This document shows positions 49,501-61,773 of a DNA stretch of 64,000 bases, one piece after another. The notes beneath the pieces were generated by a model that was not told the DNA's origin, did not search any database, and saw nothing but the letters and a program-made list of their open reading frames with translations. This DNA comes from Azolla caroliniana (lineage: Eukaryota; Plantae; Polypodiophyta): the NCBI GenBank assembly GCA_043228905.1, contig JBHGNT010000022.1, positions 4,092,001-4,156,000 on the forward strand, in the 5' to 3' direction. The translations under genes and the position numbers were made by a program. How positions within the stretch are numbered: the stretch's first letter is position 1; each line of letters begins with the position of its first letter.

Positions 49501-51467
49501 GGTGTGGACTTCGACGAGATATTTGCCCCAGTAGTAAAGATGACTTCCATCCGGACGGTGCTTAGTAGAGCGGCAAGCATGGACCTCAAGGTGGAGCAGC
49601 TGGATTCCTTCACGGTGACCTCGAAGAGGAGATCTACATGCAGCAACCGCAATGATTCATGGAGAAAGGGAAGGAGCACCTGGTTTTCCGGTTGAAGAAG
49701 AGCCTGTACGGACTGAAGTAGGCTCCCCGACAATGGTACCGGAAGTTTGATTCCTTCATGACCGACTAAGGGTATCACAAAACGCAAACCGATCACTGCG
49801 TGTTTGTGAAGAAGTTCGAAGGAGGCGACTTCCTGATACTCCTTCTGTACGTGGACGACATGTTGATCGTCAGACGAGACCAAGCCAAAATACGGATGCT
49901 GAAGAAGGCTCTCAACCAAACTTCCTCAATGAAAGACTTGGGCCCGGCAAGACAAATACTGGGGATGCACATAATCCGGGACCGGTCAAAGAAGCAATTG
50001 TGGTTGTCATAGGAGAAATACGTGACAAAGGTGCTTCAGCGGTTCGACATGTTAGAAGCAAAACCGGTCGGATCGACACTCCCGGCAAACTATAGACTAT
50101 CCGGTAAGCAAATCCCGAAGATGAAAGCAGAGAAGGCGGATATGGTGAAGGTTCCATATGCCTCTACCGTCGGGAGCTTAATGTACGCAATGGTGTGTAC
50201 TCGACCGGATATTGGATATGCAGTCAGAGTGGTGAGCCGGTTTATGAGCAATCCCAGCAACGAGCACTGGAACGCAGTCAAATGGATACTCGGTACTTGA
50301 AGGGCACTTCAAATATGAGTCTCCAATTCGGCTCCGAAAAACCTCAACTTGACGGTTTTACCAATTCGGACATGTCGACTGATGTGGATACCAGTAGGTC
50401 TACATCTGGGTGTGTAATGACATATGCAGGGGGAGCTGTTTCGTGGCAGTCGAGGCTGCAGAAGATGGTTGCGTTGTCAACCACGGAGACGGAGTACATG
50501 GCGGCTATGGAAGCCGGCAAGGAAATACTATGGATGAAGGACTTCATTGGAGAGCTCGATATCTGGCAAGATGAATACCGACTCTATTGTGACAGTCAAA
50601 GTGCCATCCACCTTGCTAAGAACGCAGCGTACCATTCCAGGACCAAGCACATCCAGCGTAGGTATCACTGGATCCGGGAGTGAGTAGAAGATCGAGAGTT
50701 CGTACTAACGAAGATCCACACGGCCGAGAACGGGTCAGATATGCTGACCAAAGTATTGATACCCGACAAGCTGGATGCATGTCGGAAGCGGATCGAGTTT
50801 GTTAGGAAACAGGTCCCTCCGGATGGGAAGTGAGAAGAACAATGTTGATGAGCAACTCGATCGAGGCCGAATCCGGATGGCGTGTACCCGGCAACGGAAG
50901 ACCCAGTGAGAACCGGATGACGAGTACCCAGCAAGGAAGACCCGGTGAGAACCAGATGTTGCAGGCCTGGTGAGAACCTCTCATCGGATGGAAGGGACAT
51001 ATATGTAAATATGTTCCAGAGAGCCCACTGGGGCTATATTTGTAAATAGCCCGAAAATCATATTAATATAAATATGACCTTGGGCAAACTTAATAGTGAT
51101 TATGATGTAGAGTTGGTTGTGTTATTATCGTTGTGGCGATAATTCAGAGTGCAACTGTGTATAGAGAAGAGAGAGAGAGAGAGAGGAAGAGGTTGTTGCC
51201 TCTATTGTAACTGCCTGGTGGCGAAGCGAGGGAGCAAGAGGTCGTTGCCTCTGTGCCCCATTGTTGTAATCTTGATATAGTGATATTTTGCAGTTTGAGA
51301 GCTGCCGTGGTTTTTCCCCAGATTTGGGTTTTCCACGTTAACATCCAATGCACTCTCTCCTTTATTGTTTCGTGTGTTAGATACATCTCACCACATCCCT
51401 GTTTTCTGTGATTGATCCGACGTCTCGATTGCGGTCGAGCATAGCTTAGGGAACCGTATTCCTATCA
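46071..51467 (+). mobile_element. Tnt1-like copia element E (same family as F), degenerate
   Basis: LTRs 46071-46783 and 50800-51467; TSD TAATC/CAATC; PBS variant TAGTATCAGAGC at 46787; gag-pol with many stops; PPT deleted. Confidence 0.92.
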
Positions 51468-51961
51468 CAATCGAGCAGAGATCGGTACGCTGAAGTGAAG
51501 CCTTCACGCAAAGTTCACGATGAAGGAACTCGGACAAGCCCAACACATATTGGGCATGAGAATAGAGCGAAATCGGACGACCAAAACTCCCCGACTCTCC
51601 CAATCCGAATACATCCGGAAGGTGCCGACTGACCAACACCGACTATCTATTGCGACTCACACAGAGCAATACACCTCATCAACAATCCCATCTACCATGC
51701 GAAGACGAAGCACATTGAGGTGCGGTATCATCTTATCCAGGAGCTCGTAACCGAGAAGAAACTCGAAGTCTAGAAGATCGACACCAAGATGAACATCGTC
51801 GATTGCCTAACGAAGCCACTCCCAGATCAATGCTTCGGAACGCTAAGGACGAAGATGGGGCTACGACAAGCGATCGAGCAGAAGAAAGCTAAATGAGGAG
51901 CAGAAGGTAAGAGTTGACCGACACTCATACTATACCTCCGCCGACTCGACTACTTGCCAAT

Positions 51962-54900
51962 TGTAAAGAATCAAGAGATGGATTCTTGTGAAGCAGAATA
52001 GGTGTGAACTGTGTGTATGAGAGAGAGAGAGAGAGAGAGTGAAACACAGAGAATATGCAAGGTAAAAGTATATTGACAAAGGAGAAAGACTCAACATTTT
52101 ACAAAGAGGGAGGAGGGTGCTTTATATAGTCACCCTCTCTCTTCATTAACTACAAGACTCATGGAGCATGGGGAATGTGAAAGCTCATAAGTTATGTGTC
52201 ATAGAATATGATTCTATGACTCATACTAAATGCTAGAATACAAAGTGGTGACTTAATGGTGACTCTTGACCGTTGGAGTGTCTATTCACTCTGAAGGTGA
52301 GTTCACACACTAGACCAAGTTGAGCTTGATTCTCAACATGCGCCCTCAAGCTCAAGTCGGGTCAACTTCAGAAGGTATCTGAAATCCGCTTCGACTCACG
52401 TTCCGGAATCCACATCGACTCGCATTTATGCGGAGTTGCGGAATCCGTGCTCTAGCTTGCGTTGTGCGTAGTTGTGAAGTCTGCGCTTCGGCTTGCATCT
52501 TTCTTCGTGGCTTTGCGCGGTAGATCGGCTCTTCGTGGCTTCGTTGCGTGGTTGCGTAATCCACACGGTCTTGCGTAGTGTGCGCGTTTTGCGGAATCCA
52601 CGCGTTATTGCGTAATGTCTTCAGTACTCCCCCTCAAGCTTAGCAGGTCAGGGATCGTCAATCCGAGCTCGGTCATGAATTGCCATAGCTTGTTGGCTCT
52701 TAAGGATTTAGTGAATATGTCAGTTGTTTGAAGATTGGTGCTAATGTGTTGTAGGTCAACATTGCTAGCTAGAACACGCTCTCAGATGAAGTGATAGTGC
52801 ACTTCGATGTGCTTTGTCCGGGCGTGGAACACCGGGTTCTAAGCCAGATAGATATTGCTCATGTTGTCGCAGTAAAGGGAAGTTGGATCCTTGATGGGTA
52901 CGCCCAAATCCTTCAAAATCCTCTTGAGCCATATGGCTTCGCACGCAGCTACGGTTGCACTCCTGTATTCCGCCTCTGTACTCGAAAGAGCGACGGTAGG
53001 CTGCTTCTTGCTACTCCAGGATATTGCTCCGCTGCCAAGGGAGAAAACAAATCCGGAGGTTGATCGTCTATTGGCTTTGTAGCCGGCCCAATCGGCGTCG
53101 GTGTACCCCTCGAGTCGTATTGGCATCGCGGTCTTGTAGAGGATGCCGCAATCCATTGTGCCGCTCACGTACTGTAGAACTCGCTTAGCGCAATCCAAGT
53201 GAGTGTCACGGTGTTTGCATGAATTGACTAAGGAGACCGACTGGATAGCTGAGATCGGGTCAAGTGATCATAAGGTAGATGAGACTCCCGATGAGTTGCC
53301 GATACTGAGTCGGCTCACATGCTTTGGTGCCGGTGTTCGCATCTAGTTTGAGATTACGATTGAGCGGGGTTGCCACGGATTTGCACTCAGCCATCCCGAA
53401 CTTGTACAGTAAGTTGAGGATGTAGTGCCATTGAGAGATCATGATTCCGGCCGGAGTCCGAATTACCTCGATGCCGAGGAAGTAGTGGAGTTCCTTCATG
53501 TCCGTCATCTCGAACTTGTCGGAAAGGAGGGATTTGACCTTATTGATTTTGACGAGATGCTCACCTCCAATGACTAGGTCATCCACATATAAGATGATGA
53601 CGATCGGACTTGCAGAACCGCTTCGTATGTAGAGGGAGTTGTCCGATTTGGACATACGGAAGCCAATTTGATGAAGATATTGCGTTATCTTCGAATGCCA
53701 AGCACGTGGTGCTTGCTTGAGGCCGTAGAGTGGCTTCTTGAGTCGGCATACAGCTTTCGGATGGGTGCTCGAGTTGAAGCCGGGTGGTTGTATCATGTAC
53801 ACCTCCTCTTCTAATTCGCCTTGTAGAAAGGCGTTCTTGACGTCCATTTGATGGAGGTGCCACCCTTCCGCTGCGGCAAGCGCAATTACGGTCCACACCG
53901 TTGTCATCTTGGCCACCGGGGCAAAGGTCTCCTCATAGTCAATTCCATGTGTTTGGGCGTATCCTTTCACTACGAGTCGAGCTTTGTAGCGATTTACGAA
54001 ACCATCGGCGTTATACTTGACCTTGTAGATCCATCTGCATCCAATCTCCTTTTTGTGCGGTGAGGTGGGAACGAGATCCCACGTCTTGTTCTTCCGTAGT
54101 GCTTGCATCTCCTCGTTCATTGCTTCGATCCATCGCGGGTCCTTCGCGGCTTCCGAAAAGGTTTCCGGCTCCCGTACTGTCGCTACCTTCATCATAAAGG
54201 CGTAATGGTACGCCATATAATCGTTGTAGCCGAATCGGCTTACAGGGTTCTTTTCACGGGTGGATCGGCGGAGCTTTTCATTTGCAGAGATGAGGGCTTT
54301 CTTAGCTCCGATTGGTACCTCGAAACCGCCGAACTCATTGTCGAGTGAGTGAGTCGACTCATCGTCGTTGAAGCGATCGTTTTCGTATTCCGACATTTTC
54401 GCCTTGCCTTTGTCCATCTTCAGGCTAGGCCGTGATGTGCTTTGATCCCTCAAAGGCTCTTGTGGTCCACTCAATCGGGTCGTGATCGGACTTTCTTCGA
54501 ATATGCGCATAAGGCGATCTTCATCCTCGATCTCTTGTTCGGCGAATTCCGGGTCGAGCGGAATCGGAGTTGGAGTTGTCTCTGGTGCGTACCAGGATGT
54601 GGACTCGTCAAAAACGACGTCTCGACTTACTCGAGATTTTCAAGTTGAGGGGTTGTAGCACTTGTACCCCTTTTGCTCCAATGAGTATCCTACGAGGATA
54701 CATTTCTCCGACTTCGGGTTAAGCTTTTGACGCTTCTCGTCGGGGATGTGCACGTACGCTATCGCGCCGAATATCCGGATGTGCGATAAGTCTGGCTTCT
54801 TTCCAAAGTATTTTTCGTGTGGGGTGACCTCGTGCACGCCGGATGTTGTGCACCGGTTCATTAGGTAGACGACCGTATTTGTAGCTTCGGCCCAATATGA

Positions 54901-57900
54901 CTTGGGCATATGCTTCTCGTTCATCATGGCCCGCGCTACTTCGAGGATGTGCCGATTTTTGCACTCGGCTACTCCGTTTTGTTGCGGAGTGTGTCGGCAA
55001 GTGAATTCTCGCCGAATTCCTTCCTTTCGGAGATACGTCGTGAAAACGTCCGAGAAGTACTCCTTGCCACCATCCGATCGAAGGCATTGTACATGTCAGC
55101 CCGTGGCTTTCTCGACTTCATTCTTGAAATTTTGGAAGTGTCCGAACACTTCGCTCTTTTGCTGCATCGGGTAGATCCAAGTGTGCCTAGAGAAGTCGTC
55201 GATGAAGAGCACGTAATATTGGCATCCGCCGAATGTAGCCGTCTGCGCCGGTCCCCATACGTCGAGTAGACCTTTGCTCATGTTCCGCTCTTTCGGGAAT
55301 GGGTGTCGGTGTTGCTTGCCAAATTGGCATGCTTCGCATACACCTTCAATCTCCTTCTATTTGAATGTCGAGAGTCCGATGACGACTCCTTTCGATTTCA
55401 TTGCTTTGAATTTGTTGAGATTGATGTGGCCGATTCACTTGTGCCATAGCTCTATGTCGGAGTCGGCTTTCGTGTTTTTCGCGAACATGGCGGATTTCAT
55501 CTCGCGTGAATCGAGAATGAACATCCGGCCCTCTCTTCGTCCGCGTGCGATGAGTCAGCCCTTTTTTTCGATGAAGCAACCACCTTGATTAAATCAAACT
55601 TGCATCCCTTGCTGTACAATTTGGCCGACGGAGACCAAATTCTTCGTAATGGTCGGTACATGCAAGACATTTTTAATGTAATTTTGCTTACCTTCTTTTC
55701 CGAACGGAACATTGCCAATGTGCCGAATTGGGTGCGTAGTGTCGTCTCCGGTTTCGACATAGCCGGGTCGGTACGGCTCTCGAAGTTCTCAGAACCATTC
55801 TTGATGCAATGTCATATGGTTCGAGGCACCGGAATCGACGAACCATACGTCTTCCAGACCGGAGGCACTAGTTGAGGTAGCAGCCGACATAGAGTTTGCT
55901 CTATGTTTCATCATGAACATTCCGCCACGGTCGAAGTTGTGTGCATACATTCCGCCACGATCTTCGTAGTCGGAGTTGTGTGCGTAATTCGTGAGTTGTC
56001 GGCTTGTGGAAGCCAATTCACGCATCTTCTTTCGACACTCTTCTTCGTGGTGGCCGAGCTTTCCGCAATATCCACATTCGGTTGCGTTTTGACGGCTCAG
56101 GCCGGAGTGGAAGCTCCCCCTTCTTGCGAAGGTTCCTCGTTGGCCTCTGTTTTGTGGCCAAAATTGGGAGTTGTTGTCATAGGTCGGACCTCATCCGCCT
56201 TGTCCTTGACCGAATCGGCCTCTCACTCGTCTGCGTCCTCTTCCTCCATTAGAGTTCGTGTAGAGCATGTGGCCTTCCGACTCATTGCTCCTTGTACACA
56301 CGTGGTTTTCTTCGACCAATAGCATTGATTGGAGCTTGAAGAAGGAGGGAGATTTCTCCCGTGCTAGAACGGCAGTTCGCATCGCGCCGAACCGTGGTGC
56401 AAGGCCGCCGAGGCATATTTGCACCATCTCATCATCATCTATACTTACGCTTATTGAGTCGAGCGAGTTGCAAAGCTCCTTGATCTTCAAGGTGTATGTC
56501 GTGATGGACATGTCCCTTTGTTGAATGTTGTTCAACTCTTGGCGGAGTTGAAGCTTCCTCGCGGTCGTGTTGGCGGCGAAAATCTTTCGTAGATTTTCCC
56601 ACGCTTCCTTTGGCATCTTGGCTTCTTGAATGTAACTGAGCATGTGGTCGTGAACACATGTCGCCAAACAATACATCACGCGGCTTGCGGCTTGCTCCCA
56701 TGTCGCGTATTTGGGAGCTGCTTCGACGAGTCGATCTTCATGCGCTCCTTTGATGTAGCTCCAATAGCCTTGTCCGACAAGGTATTGGTGCATCTTGTAC
56801 TCCCAAGATGCGAAGTTGTTTCGATCCAACTTCTCGGTAGGGAGAGCGCTCCCCATTTGAGTATTCATTATGTCGATTCTTCTTCTTCTTCTTCTCTCTT
56901 CGAATGCGAGCTATGTAGCGAAGCTACGATAACTATGAGCCGGTTCTTGGTCGTCGGCGTGGAGCACAACACACGATCACGATGAGGCAAATGGGCTAGA
57001 TCGAGCTACCAAATCGCTCTGATACCATGTAAAGAATCAAGAGATGGATTCTTGTGAATCGGAATAGGTGTGAACTGTGTGTGTATGAGAGAGAGAGTAA
57101 AACATAGAGAATACGCAAGGTAAAAGTATATTGACAAAGGAGAAATTACAAAGAGGGAGGAGGGTGCTTTATATAGTCACCCGCTCTCTTCATTAACTAC
57201 AAGACTCATGGAGCTGGGGAATGTGAAAGCTCATAAGTTATGTGTCATAGAATATGATTCTATGACTCATACTAAATGCTAGAATACAAAGTTGTGACTT
57301 ATGTTAGGAAACAGGTCCCTCCGGATGGTGAAGACCCGGTGAGAACCGGATGAAGAGTACCCGGAAACGGAAGACCCGGTAAGAACCGGATGACGAGTAC
57401 CCGGCAAGCGCCGGATGATGCAGGCCCGGTGAGGAGTGCTCACCGGATAAAGAGACATATTCGTAAATATGTTTATGAGAGTCCATCGTGGCTATATTTG
57501 TAAATAGTGGAAAAGTCATATTAGTATAAATATGACTTAGGGCAAACTTTAGTAATGAGTTGTTGTCATTCTTGTTTGCGTAAGATCAGAGCGCGTAACT
57601 GTGTACAGAGAGAGAGAGAGAGAAACAAAGAGGTTGTTGCCTCTGTTGTAACCGCCGCCTGTGGCGAAGATAGAAAGCTCGAGGTTGTTGCCTCGGTGCT
57701 TTACTGTTGTACACTGTAACATAGTGATAGTTTGCAGCCTGTGGGTTGCCGTGGTTTTTCCCTAGTTTGGGTTTTCCACGTAAACATCCTGTGTACTCTT
57801 CTCTTCACTGTGTCGTGCATTCATTCCCCGTTTTCTGTGTTTGATTCTAAGCTCGGTTGTGGCCGAGCGTTGTTCATCGGAGCGTGTAGTTCCTGTCAAC

Positions 57901-57986
57901 TTAATGGTGACTCTTGACCGTTGGAGTGTCTATTCACTCTCAAGGTGAGTTCACACGCTAGACCAAGTTGAGCTTGATTCTCAACA
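51962..57986 (-). mobile_element. Ty1/copia element G (related to C)
   Basis: LTRs 51962-52338 and 57028-57986; PBS 57016-57027; gag 56191-56868, WFVDSGASNH, INT, RT 53260-54510, RNase H. No clean TSD seen. Confidence 0.9.
57302..57898 (+). mobile_element. Solo LTR of the E/F family inside the 5' LTR of G
   Basis: TGTTAGGAAACAGG...CCTGTCA ends; perfect TSD ACTTA (57297-57301 and 57899-57903). Confidence 0.92.
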
Positions 57987-58372
57987 CGACAGACTTGTAA
58001 CATAAGGTCTAGTTAAATTTGTAATCTAGGTTTACGGGGGAGATAACCCCAAGCACTTGTACATGCAAGAAAGAGTAGTCCTTTTACGGGGGAGTTTGTT
58101 GGCATAAAACGCCGATTCCTTCCAAATTGTATCCGTCCTAGTGTGAATTCGTTAATAAGTTAGGGCTTATTATATAAGCGAATACGTAACATTGTAATGA
58201 GTGATGACGAGTAGAGTATTGTATCTCTGAGAAAGAATGAAGTAATAAGAAGCTTTCCATTAAAGCTCCATCTGTGTAAGTCTCCACGCCTATTCTATTT
58301 TCTGTATGTGTTGTTTGTTGTCCAGTTCCAACTATAGATCCATACACGTTTCCGCACATAGCACTCGACCTC

Positions 58373-58690
58373 ATCTTCATGTTTTGCAACCATTTTCTTA
58401 AGACTTTCATTCTCAATGACAACAATTTGGAGCATAGCATTCTCTTTTATTAGTGTCCTAATCTCTTCACCTTTCTTGTTTATGGTTTCTTGAAGAGAAA
58501 TCACGTGACTCATTTTTTCCATTGTGACTGAGTTTATTGCATTGGCGTCATGAATCGTTGGTGATCGTGGCTCATTACCAATCATACTCCGGGTCTTTGT
58601 GGCCACCTTACAAATGTTGCCCATTGTAGAATTAGACCGTACGAGAAGAATACCTCTAAAACCTGTTAGCTTTAGTTGATTACAAAACAA
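58373..58690 (-). pseudogene. LINE ORF1 N-terminal coiled-coil fragment
   Basis: LQETINKKGEEIRTLIKENAMLQ...KHEDEV joins the 42364 flank through TSD ACCTC. Confidence 0.55.
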
Positions 58691-58730
58691 ATCTTCTTAG
58701 ATCATATCATAGATCTTGTTGTGTATGTGT

Positions 58731-58771
<41 letters not shown>

Positions 58772-59983
58772 TTTTCTACTAAGCACCACATGAGATGTTG
58801 AATTTTGTCCTAGCTAAAACACAAGTTGACACATATGAGGAATAAACTCCATATTATACATCATGCCTAAGAGAAAATACCTAATAACATAATCATATGC
58901 TTTTTCAAATCTATTTGCATCATAAGCAGTGTGGTTGCCTTTGCTCAATGGATGTATTCCTCTAAAGATTCAACATTCTATATGTGGGCAACAATTGGTA
59001 TGGTCATGACAAGATGCATTTCTATTTTTGAGTGGGCACCGCCGTTCTTTCTCGAGCGTTGCATTGGCATGGAAAAGAGAAGTTGAGATCTCAATTCAAT
59101 CGTTTATTTCGATTGGGGGTTGTAGATTTGGGAAATGTGATTGATAATGAATCTTAGTTCAGAATTTGAAGTTGCCAAATGATGACTATGTATTCCCCCA
59201 AATTATGGATTTATTTGAAGAAATCACAAGATATACCATTGTTGCATAGATCTTTTTGCCAACGAAAACAAATGTTACACCTCGGGTGGGTTAGCGGGTA
59301 AAGGATGGTACACACTTGTTAGAGGACAATACAAATATAGTGTATCATCATGCAATGGCATCATTATCTTGGCCATCACCAAAAGCAGAAAAGGTGTTGA
59401 ATGCATGTAAGTCAAATGCAATATAATGTGGTGGCAAATATTACAACATAGTTGGCATTCCTATTTTCCATTTTGTTGAAAGGTATTCATATGGAGAGTC
59501 ATGATTGGTGGGCTCCCATTAGGTTCAACCTTAAAGAGACAAGGACTAGGGTCAGGTATGTGCTTCTTTGGCACCTTTCCGTTGGAGGATAATACACACT
59601 AGATTCATTAAATGTCCTATATCTCATATCATTTGGAATACTTATTGGATATGTGGCAAGTTTGAACTCGTTGTTATTTGAGGCCTCAACAATGGGTATT
59701 TTCAAAGCATGTTCAAATTTTTTCAAATGACGAGCTGGAGATATTGTTCCAATTTTTACAATATTGGGGACAACAAAAAAATTGGAATATGCGTAATGCT
59801 TTCATGTTCGATAGTGTAGACATGGGGTGGAGGCTTATATGAAGAAGTTGAAAAACATTATTATGTTGAATTTCTGGATGTTAGAGCGTATGGGGATCAT
59901 TTCCTTAAGTGTATATTCAAGTTTTCTATTGGCTTTACAAAATGTTCTCTCCCAACATAGGTAGGTAGAGGAAACTAAGAAGT

Positions 59984-60725
59984 TGTAACAAGTGGATTTT
60001 ACATACAATTAATATAATTGTGTGCTTCTACCAAAAAAGTAAAAGGGAGAGATTATGATAAAATGGAAATATATTCTAAGAAAAGGGAAGAGTAAAAAGG
60101 ATAGAAATAAGCTCGAAGCTTAAGACCCGGCGTTGAACCGAATTGGTTTGAGGAGTACAATATGCCTCTATTTATAGGTCCGGTCCTTAAGGAGTAGTCT
60201 TGGATTTTCCAGAATATTCCAGAGTATTCTAAAATATTCTAGACAATTAGAATATTCATGATTTTTTTTGGCAGAGGTAGAGTGTGCCATTGTGGGGGTT
60301 GAAAAACACGCCCGAAAATCCGACGATTAAAAGGCATATTGGTAATGTAAATTTTCCTTTATTTGAGATTTTTGGTAGATTGCAACATGTTAGGAGGAAT
60401 TAGGGATCGGTAGGTTAGCAAGGGCATCATGTCGATCATTTGGACTGACCATTTATCACATGGGATTTCATAGCATGCCAAAACGATGGATGGATATATG
60501 CGAATCGAGGCAACACTCTGTCTCTTGGGGAAAAAGCATCCGGAATCTTCCAGAACGATAGATGCATGTATGCGGATCGAGGCCAGAGTCCTGTCTCTTC
60601 CGGAATCTTCTAGAACGATAGATGGATGTATGCAGACAGAGGCCAAAGTCCTCTCTCTTTCGCCGGTTGATACCGAATGTCCAGAAAAAACTTCCGGAAG
60701 ATTCCGGAATCTTCCAGAACATCAC
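59984..60725 (-). mobile_element. Probable old solo LTR related to the H LTR, with a 60-bp tandem repeat (about 60480-60660)
   Basis: GAACCGAATTGGTTTG...GCCTCTATTTATAG...GGAGTAGTC...AGAATATTC is collinear with H LTR 7981-8080. Boundaries are uncertain and no TSD was found. Confidence 0.45.
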
Positions 60726-61434
60726 CCTAAGACCCATCCATTCCTCCGGAACCCACATGCCCCCATCCCTCTCTTTAACTAACCTTCTTCTTCTTCTTCT
60801 TCCTCCTCCTAATCTTGTCATATCTAACCCTAACCCTAACCCTAAATATTTAGTATGTGAGACATAAAAGGAAGGAATCTCCTGCATGCGCCTTTTGATC
60901 AATCGCTTGTACACACACAGAACCGAAAGGAAAGTTACTTCATCCCTTAACTGCTGCAGCTGAATTCTCAGATAGAGAGAGAGAGCAGGTAATAACCCTA
61001 ACCCTGCATTCTTAGAAACCTACTGCTGATGTTTCAGTTTTTAATGGGAGATGATTTTCTAACCGTAACCTGTAGTATACACGTGTTGGGATAAAAATCC
61101 CAACCCTGCATTGTCAGTATGGAGGAGGTGATCTTATAAACCTCTGAATCCCTAAATATTCATTGTGCAAGAGAGGGTCTTGAAACCCTAATTTTCCTCT
61201 GTGAAATCTGTGTTGATATATGAGCTTTTCTTGCAGCGTTTTAGAATTTCTGTCCTTTTCGTTATAGTTTGTATGATAAATGACCCTCCTCCAAGGATTT
61301 AGGGTTTTTATATGAAAAAACAAGGATAGCTTGCCCTGGTTTCCTCCTGCCTTTCTCACGCGTGTGCAAAAGGATGTGCTGATAAGAAAGATGATCTCCT
61401 TCATTCACTCTGTATTGTTTTTTGCAGGCCTTCC

Positions 61435-61773
61435 ATGGCCGAAGAAGGCGAGGGCGATATAACTCCTGAAATTTCCCACAGCATTTCGGAAGGGAACCAG
61501 AATCATTCAGATGTTTCCCATGGCCTTCCATCAGAGAATCAAAATCATCTGGAACCTCCATTGTCAATGGCAAATGTTTCAATTTTGTCATCAGGATCAT
61601 CAACATCATCAGACAAGAAGAAGAAGAAGAAGAAGAAGAAGAAGAAGAAGGATATGGACCCAAATGTGTTTCAGAAGCTCCACTCGAGGCTACAATCAAG
61701 GTCCTTCAAGATCAAGGATTTAGTGTCGGACAAAGCCGATCGGTTCAAGCATTTCGTAACATCCCGATGCTAA
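61435..61773 (+). CDS. Putative host gene: 112-aa disordered protein with a poly-Lys tract; possible 5'UTR intron 60989-61428
   Basis: ATG in CCATGG context just after the acceptor TTTTGCAG; donor CAG|GTAATA at 60988; (TAACCC)3 telo-box-like motif upstream at 60825-60846. No recognisable domain. Confidence 0.45.
   Translation: MAEEGEGDITPEISHSISEGNQNHSDVSHGLPSENQNHLEPPLSMANVSILSSGSSTSSDKKKKKKKKKKKKDMDPNVFQKLHSRLQSRSFKIKDLVSDKADRFKHFVTSRC

Larger units (their letters stand above)
42365..58367 (+). mobile_element. Ty1/copia element D, hosting elements E and G
   Basis: LTRs 42365-42645 and 58097-58367 (the latter missing its last ~10 bp); TSD ACCTC; PBS 42648-42659; gag, PR (WLLDSGAT), INT and RT to 46070, resuming at 51473 with an internal RT/RH deletion near 51622. 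Confidence 0.9.

Noticed and set aside
58760-59980. Possible decayed transposase or gene remnant
   Set aside because: Only short ORFs and no motif I can identify with confidence.
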